DNA of 64,000 nucleotides from the human T2T-CHM13v2.0 reference genome, Homo sapiens. The notes beneath the pieces were generated by a model. The model made no database searches. It saw only the letters and a program-made list of their open reading frames with translations, and was not told the DNA's origin. This document shows, in pieces, positions 27,070-40,425 of this stretch; the stretch's first letter is position 1; every line of letters begins with the position of its first letter. The stretch lies in NCBI RefSeq assembly GCF_009914755.1, contig NC_060925.1; one strand, given 5' to 3'. The translations under genes were made by a program, and so were the position numbers.

Positions 27070-27690
27070 GGTAAAAGAATATGGCTTTAGAGCCAGACTG
27101 GTCTGGATTTGAGTTCTAAATTAATAGCTCCCTAGCTGAGTGACCCTGGGCCCATGACTTAATCTCTCAAGTCATCAGATTCCTCATCTGTTAAATAGGA
27201 TAACAATGAAACTATTAGAGGGCTGTTGTGATTATTAAATGAGATGATTTTGGGAAAGAATCTAGAACAATGTCTGGCATATAAGCAGATGCTCAAAAAT
27301 GTCAGCTCTACTCCCCATATTCCTAAGTCTTCCACTTACTCTGGAAGCTGTGTCCCAATTCAATGTTGTATTCCTAGAATTTAGAATAAAGCCCTGGACA
27401 TAGTAAACATTCAATAAGTGAAAGTTTGATGGGTAGATAAAGGGTAGGAGAGTAGTGAGAAAAAAATTAGGGCTTATAGTCAACTCAGATTTGAATTACA
27501 GCTCCATTGTTTTCTAACCACTAAGTGATCTTGAGCAAATTACTTACTCTCTTCCAGCCTCAGTTTCTATATGGGTAAAATGAGGATAGTACTAACTTGC
27601 CAACCTTTTTAAGGATAGAAGGTTACATATACAAGGCACGTATATACCATATACCTGGCATTTAGATGGTATTGGCTATAAGTATTCCTA
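27070..27690 (+). mobile_element. Two MIRs (~27070-27305, ~27445-27690) with an L2 tail between them
   Basis: ggctttagagccagactggtctggatttgag...ttcctcatctgttaaatagga; gtgatcttgagcaaattacttactctcttccagcctcagtttc. Confidence 0.8.
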
Positions 27691-28495
27691 CTAGTGAGCT
27701 GGATTTTTTACGGATTCACTCATTTTAAGCAAATTATCTAATCATCATCTTTTCCCCTTTATCGTAGTTATTTCCTCTGATTATGCAGAAAGTATGTAAA
27801 AACAAGGGAACCAATCTTATTGAGCTTCATGGAATTTTAAGTCCCACTTTTACCCTTGTACAGTAAACAAACTCATAAAGATTGTCTGCAGCCGCATGCA
27901 CCACGTTGTGTTAGGGCTGGGGAATCCATAAGGACACCACTGACAATGTCCCTGCCCCCATAGCGCCTAAATCCAGTGTGTGGGAGAAAGTGGGGTGGAG
28001 GTGGGCAAACAATAACCAAATAGATTAATAAAAAATGTCTTGCTTTATGAAATTTGCAAGCGCCTTCACTCATCTGTGCTTTTGTTCCCCTGAATAAAGT
28101 TTATCAGATGATGCCAATGAGACACTGAGCTTCTCAGATAAAAATGGTGGGTACATACAAAGGTTGAGATCTTTCAAGACTACAATGGCTATTTAAAGGT
28201 ATTTCAGTTACATAATGAAGCAATTTGACTCTTATGGGTCCTTATACCCCCACATACACTCCCACTGAGGCATGCTCTAAGATATACTTAGTAACACTTG
28301 CTCAGAACATACTATGTTCCAGGCATTGTGCCATGTACAAAAGCTACAAAGATGAGTAAGACATAATTCCTGCCCTAATAAGACTTGGTCCTTACAGTTA
28401 ATGGTCCAGTCAGGAAAACAGCTGATACAAGTAGGCAGCACCATGTAATTATAATTGGAATGAAGAGGGGCACAATGGGCTAACGGAGTCTGGGT

Positions 28496-28575
28496 GGTTG
28501 TTTGTTGTTGTTGTTGTTGTTGTTGTGGCTGGTGGTGGTGGTGTTGATGGTGCCTGTGTTGATGGTGGCAGTGGT
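28496..28575. repeat. (TTG)8 followed by degenerate (GGT/GAT)n
   Basis: Read directly; lies after an antisense L2 fragment (~28290-28480). Confidence 0.9.
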
Positions 28576-28759
28576 ATGTATACACGTGTGCGTGGTGTGG
28601 TATTAACCCTGCCTGAGGTGGAGGATGGGCTAAATGTCATAGAAGGCTTCACGGATTCATATGGCTATTTGGAGGTAAAGACAACAGAACAATAGCATGC
28701 CAGGGCTAGACGGGTTAGATGGCATCAGGCCTAGTCTCCTACCAGGATTGTGAGCAACA

Positions 28760-29050
28760 TTCAACATCTGATTGCACAATCCCATATGCCAGGCCCTGTG
28801 ATAGTCACTGACGAGACAAAAGTGAATAAGGCACTGGCCTGCCTCATTGAGCTCATGATATGGCATGTAGAAATAGTCAAGGTAACAGCATAATACATGA
28901 CAGCATGGAAGGAAGCTCAGATGGTGGTGGGGTGGCCAGCTGGGACCACAGAGGAGACAGAGGTGGCTCAGTCTTCCCAGGGGTTAGGTGGGGCCAAGGA
29001 AGTCTTCACAGAGAAGGTGATGCTTATGTTGAAGCTTCAAAGCTGAGTTG
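28760..29050 (-). mobile_element. L2 fragment
   Basis: cattcaaca...atgccaggccctgtgata...gcctgcctcattgagctca...ggaagtcttcacagagaaggtgatgctt. Confidence 0.7.
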
Positions 29051-30499
29051 AGTTTTCTCCTTCCATCCATCCATCAATCCATCCATTATACTGATTGATT
29101 CGCTCATACACTACTTGAAGAATTACTATCGCAGGCATGAGCAGGGCAGTATCTAAGTAAAATTCTGAAGTGTTCAGATTCTACTTCAGCACCATAGACT
29201 GTCAGAGGAAAAATTCTTATAAATGACATGGTCAAACTCCCACAATTTTATAGATGTGGAAACTGAGGCCCAGAAAGGCTATGAAAGCATTAACATCAAA
29301 TCACTCAAGTAGCAACTAATAGATACAGATTTACATTAATATAACCCCAGCGTGCCCACGCCAGGCCTCATTCTGTTATAACACACTGCCCCTTCCTCAG
29401 CCTGTGTTTTCTGCAAACTGCCCCCCGCAACCCTTCTCCTACCCCCAGGGGATTCTAATACTGTCTTGCCCTTCCCCTTTCTTCTTGATCAAACATTTTC
29501 CTGGAGAAAGTTCAGAAAATAACTCATATCAAGGTAAACAATTCTTAGTGTTACATATGGGGAAAGCAGAGCAAGGAAATAACACCTCATATTATAACAA
29601 TTCAGGACATAATACAGTTTCTTTATTTGTATTACAGAATCTAACTCCACCATAGGGGTTTAAGGAAGAGGGAAGATCTCTGATTAGGAGGGCCTTAAAA
29701 TCTGATCCAAGCCATGTGGCTGGTTGGTGACCTCAGATGGTGACAATCATGGAAACTATGTGATTACTGCATTAGGATGATCCTCTTTATTCCATCCTTT
29801 CCTGACTTGAGAGTGGAGAGGCACTGGAGATGTCCTGTGGTGCTGCCACATTATTGAGGTCCCAACTGAAAAGCTCTTCAAAGCTCACAGAAGAGTTAAA
29901 ACCCTGACAATAATAAAATCAGGCCAAATCTTACGTTTTAGTAGTAATAATCAGGGATTCCATCCATATACACATCATATTTTCCTTGCAATGTCCTTGG
30001 AACACAGGGATAGTTATCTCCATTTTATAGGTGAAGAAACTGAGGCCCAGAGAGACACGGTTTGGAAATAGCAGGACCAGGATCTAAACCCAACATTCTA
30101 TCCCACAACAAGATCCTGGGACCATACTGAGTCCCAGGGCACATTCTAGCTCAAGCATTTTAATGCACATCCCATTTCCTGCTGCATTTGCCCAAACACC
30201 TGGGGTAGACATGCAGACCCCTTCATTAGACCTAAAGCATGCTATGGAACTTCTTCGGGCCTTAGATCCAAATGATAAAAATGAGAATATTACTTATTTC
30301 ATAGAGTTGTGAGCATTAAGTGAGAACAAGTAAGACACTGTATGAGAGAGCTTTGCCCTGTTCTGGTACCTGGTAAATACTCAGTTAGAAGGGGGAAAAA
30401 ACCACAACAACTTTATTTTTCAAAATCTGACTCGACTCTGTATTGCCAGGTGCTATGTATCACACAGACCCTTATTTACTGTCAAGAGGCAATGTTAAG

Positions 30500-30735
30500 A
30501 GTCAGTAGAGCAGAATATTAAGAGCAAGGGGTCTGCAGCTATTTCTGGTTCAAATTCCTTGTCTACCATTAATTAGCTGTGTGATCATGGGAAATTACTT
30601 AACCTCTTTGTGCCTTAGTTTCCTCATCTGAAAAATGGGCATTATGAGAATTCAATGAGTTAATATATATAAAGTTCTTACAATAGTACCTGGCACACAG
30701 TAAGTGTTCAATTAGTGCTAGCTAATTATTATCAT
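30500..30735 (+). mobile_element. Near full-length MIR
   Basis: tRNA-derived head through core (ttacttaacctctttgtgccttagtttcctcatctgaaaaatggg) to tail (cctggcacacagtaagtgttcaattagtgctagct). Confidence 0.9.
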
Positions 30736-30739
30736 CACT

Positions 30740-32145
30740 CTTAATATGAGAATAGATATTCTTCCTCTGAACTTCTGTTCACGCTATTCCACCCACGAGG
30801 AACACCATTCTCTTCCCTATTGAAATTGAGCCTTCCATGTTTAGCTCAAGAACTACTTCTCCCGTTACTCCTTCTCATTCTCCCATGTCTCACAAGTTAT
30901 CTTAGTTGTTAATGTCTGATTGTTTTAGGTATGTGTGCTCTATCACCCCACAGGCACTGACCATACTGTGAAGTGAATACTGTGTACTCTTGAACTCTGA
31001 ATCCTTAGCCCAGGGTACAGGGGCTGCCCTATGACCCATGAACCATTCAGTAAACATTTGCTGAATGAATGGACAAATAATACCTTTTTGATTTGTCTGT
31101 GCATCCCAATTACAGGAGATATTCACATTACTTAGTGACAGCTTGATCGATAATGAGGGTGTAGGAGAAAGAGCAATGGACTAGGACACAGATTGCACTT
31201 GTTCTGAATTTGGCTTTGGCATCCCAGGTACAAGTCCTTAAGCAATTTGTTTTAGCCCTCTGTGCCTCAGTTTCTGCATTGGAAAATGGGTGGCTGAGCA
31301 TTATAAAGTCTGAGGACCCTTCTGTCTCTAAGCTTTGTAATGAAAGGCAAAAAGTTAGCTCACTCTGTGTCGGGTTCCTTCCATAAGCACTTGGTGCCAG
31401 GTCTGTGCCAGACACTGGGGACACAAAGATAAATGACACTCATTCTGTCCATGAGGACTCATAGTTGAGTGGAGAACACAGACTTACAAACTGACGGTTA
31501 CATGGACACGAGAGTAGTAGAGGGAAGCACAGAGCTGGGAGGGCTTGATAGCCCAGGGAAGGGGACTTAGGTGATGACATCCCGGAGGAAGTAAAAGTAA
31601 AGCCAGTCTTTGTGGAGAAATGTCCCATGTAAGCAAGAGAGAGGCAGAGGAGACAGGCCAACACTGGGGCCTAAGGGCACACCTGAGGTACCTGGAAAGG
31701 CTCTGCATCTCAGAGTCTAAACCTTACTTCTCCCCAGGAATACAGTTTGTCACTGGCCTTCTTTTCAATTCTTCCACCATACTGTGTTTCTTTCTCTATC
31801 CCCAGAACATGCTTCTCTCTTTCCTATCTGCACCTTCCCTGTTACTTCTCCTTTGCCTCCCTCCAGTTAACCCTTATTCTTTGAGTCCAGCTCAAAAGTC
31901 ACTTTGTCAGAAAAGCCTTTCCTGATGCTCCAGGTTAGGTTAGGCCTCCCCTTGTATGTTTTCTTAGCACCTTGTGCTTCTCCTTCATTACATTTTAAAA
32001 TAGCAAGCTATGTGTTTAGTGGCTTAATGTTTGTCTACTTTGCCAGAATGAAGACTTCATAAAGGGCAGGGACTCTTATCCAATGTTTTATCTCGAACAG
32101 TGCATCTTATATAGTAGAGTCTCAATAAGTATTTCCAGAATTAAT
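30740..32145. mobile_element. L2 (+), MIR3 (+), L2 (-) and L2 (+) fragment cluster
   Basis: L2 tails aaacatttgctgaatgaatgg and ctcaataagtatt; antisense L2 gtgccaggtctgtgccagacactggggacacaaagat. Confidence 0.7.
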
Positions 32146-32631
32146 GGAGGCACAAAGATGGGGTAGAGAATGGGAGAGGGCAGCATTCACCTTTCTCTTT
32201 GGTTACACTTTCAGGCTATTAATCTGTTTTCATTATATTAAAATCTACAATGCCTCTGAGGCTAGTGCTTTCCAGCTGTTCCATCCTCTCCTGTTTTTCT
32301 GCACTAACCTCAACAGAATCCTTAGAGTTTCAGGTGCTCAAAAGAGATTTGTAAAATGAAAGAAAAAGAAGAATATCAACCTAAATTTCTCACTGCATTA
32401 ACTGCCCAAAGCTTTTCCTACTCCTCAAAACGTAACATACTCCTGCTACTTCCAGGATACTCTAGTCAGACAAGCCAGTCCCTCAATGTAACTGATTTCA
32501 GGTGAGGGCTGATAGAGAAACAATCTGATTGAGTCATCTCACACTAAAGTATGAATGATGGATTGTCCTTTAAATTTTTTTTTTCTCTCTCTCTTTTTGT
32601 TTTAAAACAGGACAGCTGCTAAATACAGGTT

Positions 32632-32730
32632 TTTTGTTTTGTTTTTTTTTTTGAGATGGAGTCTCACTCGTGACCCAGGCTGGAGTGCAGTCGCGCAATC
32701 TCGGCTCACTGCAAGCTCCACCTCCCAGGT
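32632..32730 (-). mobile_element. Extremely 5'-truncated AluY (last ~78 nt plus tail)
   Basis: AluY diagnostic ctgcaagctcc; perfect 10-bp target duplication AATACAGGTT at 32622-32631 and 32731-32740. Confidence 0.92.
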
Positions 32731-34762
32731 AATACAGGTTAATAGGGTACTAGAAACATACGTAGGTGAAACAGAAAATATCTTTCATAGCATCATCCCA
32801 CGAAAGCAAGATGATTTTTCACAAAGGCTGGAAAACAGGTCCTTACAGAATATTTGGATCATCTCTTTTCACTTACAAATGTACAAAGGGATACCTAGAA
32901 AGGGCAAAAGACTTGTTTAAGGCACACAGCAAAGCCACGTCACAGATGGGACTGGAACAGATCCCTCCCTGCCCGGGTCCAGTGCTCCAGCTCTTTGCAC
33001 GTGTGCCTTGCGCTTTGTCAGCAGTTTGTAAATCAAGCCCTCCTGCTCTCCCTTTGCTCTTGCTTCCTTTGCCTTCTCAGCCTGCCTTTCTTTCCCTGAG
33101 TCCCAGCGACAGCCTGCCTGCTGCAGCTGCCCTTGCTGAGCACTGCCACTCTGTAGATGGTTTTGCCGCCTTTCACTGATTCATCCACTTGCCATCTGCT
33201 TTCAGATTTCTTCTGAAAACCCCAGTGTTTTGGCTGTTTCCTGAGATCTGTCACGTCTTCCTCCCTACTAATGGGCTCAATAAACAGCTGCTTTAATTTA
33301 GCCTTCATCCATCTCCAGGCCATCATTTTCTGAAATTTATATCATCTATTTTTTACCCTCTTGCCTTTTTTGATTCACTAATTTCAGAGAATTAAATGTG
33401 TCTGAAAGAGCAAAGGTGAGGCAATGATGCCTTTTCTGAGGAATCCTAACTACAGTAGTCACTCCTTTATTCATATGCCATTTAGTTCAATGAAAATTCT
33501 TTGACACTTAGTATGTACAAAACACTGTGTAGGCAGTGAAGGATAGCTAAAGAAATGGAAGGCATTGTTGTGGTCCTGGTCATTGACATAAGAGATACAT
33601 GCATAAAAGACTAAAAAAAAAAAAATTGAAAGGATGTCTGTTTGACGTGATAAAAAGGGAGGCTTGAATAGTGACAGAAACATGTATTGTGCACTCACTC
33701 TGTGTTACAGTATGCTAAAGTGGACGTTTCATCTGAGGAACCAGGAAATTAGAAATGTTGTTTCTGAAGACATACCAGAATTTATACAGAATTTCCAAGT
33801 ACACATCTGGAAACTGAGTACAAGACTCTTGAAACCCCTTGCCCACTTCAAGTATCTAAAGGAAAAAAGGGTTGAAAATCAAAGAGAAGGTTTTATCAGG
33901 GGGAGTTTGAAGGCCTGGAGTCCCACATGCCACACCTCCAAAGGAAGGATCAGGGGGCACTTTTCCCTCACCTCTGCATAGGTAGAGGGGTGCACAGTGG
34001 GCACAATTCTGACTCCTGCCTGAGAAATCTAATGAGCAAAAGACTATGGGGAAAGTAAAGTAGGTAGACCGAGATTGGTCAATGATATCCAGTGACTGCC
34101 CAGGCAATAGATTCTGAGCAGATGGGTATGAATGGCAGATAGAATTGGTTTGATGCCATTTTGACTCCTGCACAGAGTCTATATACAGTGGATACCAGAA
34201 AAGCAGAAAATACGGAGGCAGCAACACTAGGAAGAATGGGACACATTCTCCATGTGATGGCTGCCTTTGAACAGAGGAGCCTCCAAAGAATCCACAAGAG
34301 CATCCATAAGAGAGGGAGTCAGCTACAAACATCTGCCAGGCATAGAGAAACTGAAGCCAGCTTAGGGGAGTGCCAGGCAAGTGATATCCTTCTGTTCTCT
34401 TTGCACTCCTTCCCTCTTCCCACTTCAACCTTGGTGAGCTAATGGAAAGACATGAGTGAAAATCAGAGAATGGCCAATGCTCCATCCCCAACCCAGTAAG
34501 CTCCTCACTGGAAGCAGGTGTCACCTGGGGGATGGAGGTACCGGGGAAGAAGACAACATTAAATCAAGTTCAGAGTTTTGATTACTGTCTGTAATTGAAC
34601 ATTTTAAATTACTGAATTGAAACTGTGTTTCTGTTTACCTAAACAGGAAATTCTCATCTAGGGCAGGTAAAAACTAACCCCTCTAAATAGGTCTGAACCT
34701 ATAGGCAGAAGACAAAAATAAAGCTGCTTTTATGAATACACTCTGAGTCCAGCATATTATAA

Positions 34763-35140
<378 letters not shown>

Positions 35141-36160
35141 GACCTCATTTTAACAAATGAGAAAACTGAAACGTAGGGAGATTAAGTAACTTGCTCAAGG
35201 TCATCAGCTAGCCAAATGTAAGTACTTTTAAGCACTATAAACTTCCTTTGGGTGGGAATATATTTGATCCCTAGCTGTATCCTCAGAGCTCTACAGAGTG
35301 CCAATGGCTCAGTAGGTATGACAAATATTGTTTGAGAGTCTGATTTTAGAATGCTATGCTGGAAATAAGTGCATGAGAGAGTCTTTAGGTTTTTAAGAGC
35401 AGCCAGCTTGAGCCAAATGAGACGAATGAGGATTCATCAGGACCATCTTAAAAGGCTCCCAGCTCCCTTTTCTGGTCTCCTGGCCAGGCCATACCAACCA
35501 TGCCCACATTTTGTCCTTTAGACACAATCTTATAATCTGCCCTAGCTTGCTGTTGCTTTTATATTGCTTTTTCCCAGGGGGTCCTTTACTCTCTTCTTCT
35601 TATTTAAACCTACTTCTACTATCCCCATCCCCATTATTTTCAGTTCCTCTAATTATGTCTTGGTACTTATAGCCTTAATATAACATTGTCCAACAGCCTT
35701 TTCTCAGGAACCTCAAAAATCCAGATAAAAAATGTCTAAGTAAACTAATATCATATAAGATTTAGAGACAACTTATCTTGTCCAAACTTTTCATTTTAGA
35801 GATTTAAAAAATCTTAGGTTCAGAGAGGGGAAGTAACTAGACCAAGGTAACACAGATGTCACCTTCGGAGCTAAGTCTAGACTCAGCTCTCTTATATCTT
35901 ACCCCAGTGCTTTAGAGAAAGGACCAGTCAGTCCATGTGGACTGGCATGGTCAGCAAAAGCATCAGAAGGTAGGACTACTGTGTGCTGCATTATGTCTCA
36001 GTGTCTGGAAAGAATATCTTCTCTGGCGAGATTCTTAAGGTTTTGTGTGACTACACTAATCACATGTGACTACACTAATCACATGTGAAGAGAGTTGGAG
36101 GGGAAGCTCCTGTGTTTTACCTAAGCCACTTATGGAAAATACATGATAGGCCAAGTTAAT

Positions 36161-36534
36161 TGCAATAGACTGAATGTTTGTCACCCCCATCCCTCCCCAC
36201 ATTCATAGGTTGAAATCTTAACCCCTAATGTGATAGTATTAGGAAGTAGGAACTTCAGGAGGTAATTAGATCATGAGGCTGGAACACTCATGAATGAGAT
36301 TAGTGCCCTTATACAAGTGACCATGGAGAGGTCTCTCATTCTCTTTCTGCCATGTGAGGATATAACAAGAAGATGGCAGTCTGTGACCCAGAAGAGGGCC
36401 CTCAACATTACCCATCATGCTGGCATCCTGATCTCAGACTTCCAGACTCCCGAACTGTGAGAAATAAATTTATGTTATTCATAACTCACCCACCCTATGG
36501 TATTTTATGATAGCAGCCTGAACTGACTACAACA
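36161..36534 (+). mobile_element. MLT1A-family solo LTR
   Basis: tgcaatagactgaatgtttg...gattagtgcccttata...gccatgtgagga...gaactgtgagaaataaattt...actgactacaaca. Confidence 0.9.
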
Positions 36535-36934
36535 TTACCTCAACTGTGATTAGTATTTTTGATGAGAATTGTTGAACAAATAGGAAAAGCTAACAGGAAG
36601 TGTTGAGGAGAAACACTTTCTTTGATTTATGTCTACAATGGCCTTATGAGGGAAGCATTATTTTCTCTATTTTAAAGATGAGAAAACAAAACCTTTGAGA
36701 AGCTGGATAATTTGCCAAGGATACAAAACTAATAAATGAAGAAATCTCAAGCTGAAGCTAAGTTTTGTCTAATTTCAAAGCTCCAGTTCTTTTTGTTTTG
36801 TAGCTTGTAAATGGATTCAAGAGGTCATTACTAAAGATAAATGTGTTTAATGAAAGTTAATAAAGCAATAACAGTATTACTGGAACAAGTGCACAATGTC
36901 TCCAGAAAAGTACTTTGAGTGAATAACACGTTTA

Positions 36935-37440
36935 TCCATTTATTTGCTCATTTTATTCACTTATTTGTTTAACACATATTAATTGAGCTTTTACCAACTG
37001 CTAGGCACTATGCTAGGCATTTAGGAGACAAGCTTGGGCAAAAAGGCTTTACCCTTTGGAGCTTACATTCTAATACAGAGTAGAGGAAAATCAAAGAATG
37101 GAGAGAATGAGCAAGATAATATCAGATAATAATAACAGATATGAAGGAAATAAATCAGAATGATATGATAGTAAGTAGAATGAATTAATGGAAAGTGAGA
37201 AGAATGGAGAGAAGCTAATCAAATAAAGTGGTTAGTGAAGTCCTCCCGGAGGACGCTGGGGTAAGATTCAAAAGCAAGAGACTAAATGAATGGAATGAAT
37301 GTTCATATTCTCGCAAACACACAAGACAAATGCAGAGAAAATGAGATGCTGTCCTCTCTCTCCTGGTGATCTCGCCTCTGGTTTTGAATAGAGGAAGAAG
37401 GAACAATGAGGCAGAGAGCTCCAAGGCAGAGAAGTGTAAT
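36935..37440 (-). mobile_element. L2 fragment
   Basis: attcacttatttgtttaacacatattaattgagc...ctaggcactatgctaggcat...ggagcttacattcta. Confidence 0.75.
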
Positions 37441-37495
37441 GTAGATAGGTGGAAGATGATGGGCTTTGGAATTGGATAGATCCCAGGCTATAGAC

Positions 37496-37719
37496 CAAGC
37501 TTGTCCAACTCACAGCCTGTGGGCCACACACAGTCCAAGATAGCTTTGAATGGGGCCCAACACAAGTTCATCAACTTTCTTAAACCATTATGAGATTTTT
37601 TTGTGATTTTTTTTTTTAGCTCATCAGCTATCATTAGTGTTAGTGCATTTTATGTGTGGCCCAAAACAATTCTTCTCCTTCCAATGTGGCCCAGGAAGCC
37701 AAAATACTGAACATTCCTG
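37496..37719 (-). mobile_element. MER30
   Basis: caagcttgtccaac...agctcatcagctatcattagtgttagtg...ccaatgtggcccaggaagccaaaa...cctg. Confidence 0.92.
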
Positions 37720-37829
37720 GACTTTGGATGAGTTCTTTAGCCACTGACACTGTTTCCGTGCGTGAAAATGGTGATAGTTCTTCCTTTCTAGGATGTCTGA
37801 GGATCAACTGAGATAATGAACAGAATATC

Positions 37830-38330
37830 ATTTCTCAGTTGCCAGCAACAGAAGCTAACTGGCTGATTAAACATAAAGGGAATTTATTAATTGAATCTCG
37901 GTAGCTCACACAATGAGCTGAAGGTCCAGAGAACCAGGCTTAAGGCTAAACTCCATGCCCAAAACCATACTGCCAAAGTAGTCTGATGAGAAAACCATAG
38001 TTTCTATCCCCATCACTAAGTACCAGATGCTACAGTTAACACTACTGCCACTTCTGGGCCACCGATTCAACTTTATTGCAACTACTATGCTGCCAGCACT
38101 AATGATGTTGCAGGGCCAGGAACTCAAGATTACCTCTACTGCCTAGGCCTTACAACTTGCTTGCCTCAGAATTGATTGCTTGTGTGGTGTGTCTGATTGA
38201 CGGGGCTTAGGTCACACATCTGTGCTCTAGCTGCAGGAGAGGCTGGAGAAGTGAGTTTTTAACTTCTATCTTGATGAGGAAGGACTCATGAAGAAGAGTA
38301 TTCAAAAGTCAGAAAATATGACAAGTAACT
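37830..38330 (-). mobile_element. Old MLT1 (J-M type) LTR
   Basis: cagttgccagcaacagaagctaact...aaagggaatttatt...gtctgattgacggggcttaggtcaca...ctagctgcaggagaggctggagaagtgag. Confidence 0.7.
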
Positions 38331-40243
38331 ACATAGAAAGAAGGTTCCTAGCACAGTGCCTGGGACCCAGCAGATGCTCAGTGAAAGTGAGGTTTTTTCC
38401 TTCTTTCAGTTGCACAGACTTCTATCCATCTGATCCTTAGCTCTGAGGAGGTATTAATAATGCTGTATGGGTAGAAGAAAAGGCCACCATGTACTATTTA
38501 AGATTCCCAGAGAGGAATCATAAATTTAGCCTGTGCTATAGACACCTTCCAAAGAGACGGGCTGCTAACTGGGACTTGGCTCAGAGCAGGAACAACGTGC
38601 TTGGCATTTGCCTAAATCTAGCCTAGCTTAGAGGTAGAGTAGCCTGATTAAATGAGCTAAGTTCATCTATCACCAAAGATTGGGAGAAGAAACATAAAAA
38701 GACAGACCAAGGGTCTTCAGCAGACAAATGATGAGTAGTACGATTGTTCTAGCTGCCCCGAGCAGAGTGCTTAGGGGGCTTCAGACATAGTAGTGCCTGC
38801 TAGGCCACACCCTTCCTTCTCTATCTGTATTCCATCTCATAACAGGATGTATGCCTCAGTTTCCTGATTTGCACTTCAATTCCCTCTTCTTGCCACTTCT
38901 TTTGCCCTTTGGGACCAAAGACCAGCTCTGAATCCCGGAAGACTTGAAAACCGGTCAAGAACTTACCAAAACTGTTCCATATGTCAGGTTCCCTCATCCC
39001 AGATAAGACTCTCCCAGAAATAAACCACATCATAGATGAAAGCCATTTTGATGCTCTAATTTATAGGTGAAATATATACAAGGCACTTTCTTGCACATTA
39101 TCAAAATTGATTCCAATGGCATCTCTGTGAGTTTTAGGTTATTACATTAAACACTTGTTGAATGCTATTCAGTCTTTATTATGTCAGGCACTGTGCAGAG
39201 TCACAGAGAGCAGAAAGTGACCTGCCCAAGAGCACAGAGCAACTTTTTGTATTCTTCTATTTTGCCTTAAAGGTTGTTAAGATCAAATGAGATACTATGT
39301 AGAAAAGTGCTAAATAAAAGCATGAGGTTATTATTATTAGTGTGGTTATAACATATGGATTTTGTTTCTAAGCCATTGCTCTAAAATTGTGGGGAACATA
39401 ACAGAGGCATAAACTTCTATGAGTATGATGTAAACTTGAGCTGTGCCTCAATGTCCCTCTGATCCCACAGCTTTGTTTCTATATGACTACCTTTCCTTGC
39501 CCCATTTCTTCCCTCCCCTTCTCTAATCACGTTATTTCCAGACAGGAATAAAGCATTGTTGTCCTGGAAATTAGTACACTACAGATCTGGAAGGTAAAGG
39601 AATTTTAGAGGATAAAGACAGCACTGACCTCAAGAGATCAGTGAGAATTATATCAGATAATGTATATATAGCATATGGTAAGTGATATCTGCTATTATTA
39701 CCTTCATTTTAAAAATAAGGAAAATAGGGCTTAGCGTGATTAAGTGGTGTGCACAGGGGCGTAAAGCTATTAAGAGGGATGAGAAGATTCAGAATTGGGC
39801 CTGTATTTCCCTGTGCTGCACTGTTTGTCTGTAGAGCTATACACATGCTTCAAGCTTAGTGCACATCCTTCCCCTTCTTCCAAGCTTCTCAGAGCTATGG
39901 GAGCAGAATAAATGTCCTCCTCCATGGCTCACCCTTGCTCTGGTCCTAGATGAAAAACGTCTGAGTTGGGAGGGATATCAAGGTGACGCAGACATTTTTA
40001 ACCACAGTTATAATATTTTTGATAAGTGGTCACCCTTATGGGTAATGCTGCAGTTGAGCTTTAGACAGAAATCCTTCCTTTATGTGTTTGTTGACTTCAT
40101 TCCCGGAGTAGCAGTAAGACAGATGGGCTGATGAATATGAAGGCTGAGGCCTGGCACCCAATGAAGGATTTCCTCTCTCTCCTCCTTTCCTTGTGTTAGC
40201 TCTTTATCACAGGCTATCTCTTATTTGAAAACTTTGTATGCCA

Positions 40244-40425
40244 TTTTTGTTTTTATTGTTGTTGTTGTCATTGTTTTAGAGACAGGGTCTCACTCTGTTA
40301 CCAAGGCTGCAGTGCAGTAGTGCAATCATAGCTCACTACAGCCTCAAACTCCTAGCCTCAAGTAATCCTCCCACCCGGGCCTCCAAAAGCACTGGGATTA
40401 CAGGCATGAGCCACTATGCCTGGCC
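40244..40425 (-). mobile_element. Monomeric Alu (FRAM/AluJ-like, left-arm head joined to right-arm body)
   Basis: gagacagggtctcactctgtt...atcatagctcactacagcctcaaactcct joined to ccaaaagcactgggattacaggcatgagccac; (TTG)-rich tail. Confidence 0.85.

Noticed and set aside
28277-28695. Poly-His/Gln/Thr/Val ORFs as a transcription-factor exon
   Set aside because: Produced by a trinucleotide tract next to L2 sequence; the flanking translation is repeat-derived.
30500-30570. tRNA gene
   Set aside because: It is the tRNA-derived head of a MIR and continues into the MIR core.
33856-34524. Longest ORF (222 aa) as a protein-coding gene
   Set aside because: No recognisable domain, composition typical of random non-coding translation, no supporting exon structure, and it overlaps a probable old repeat.
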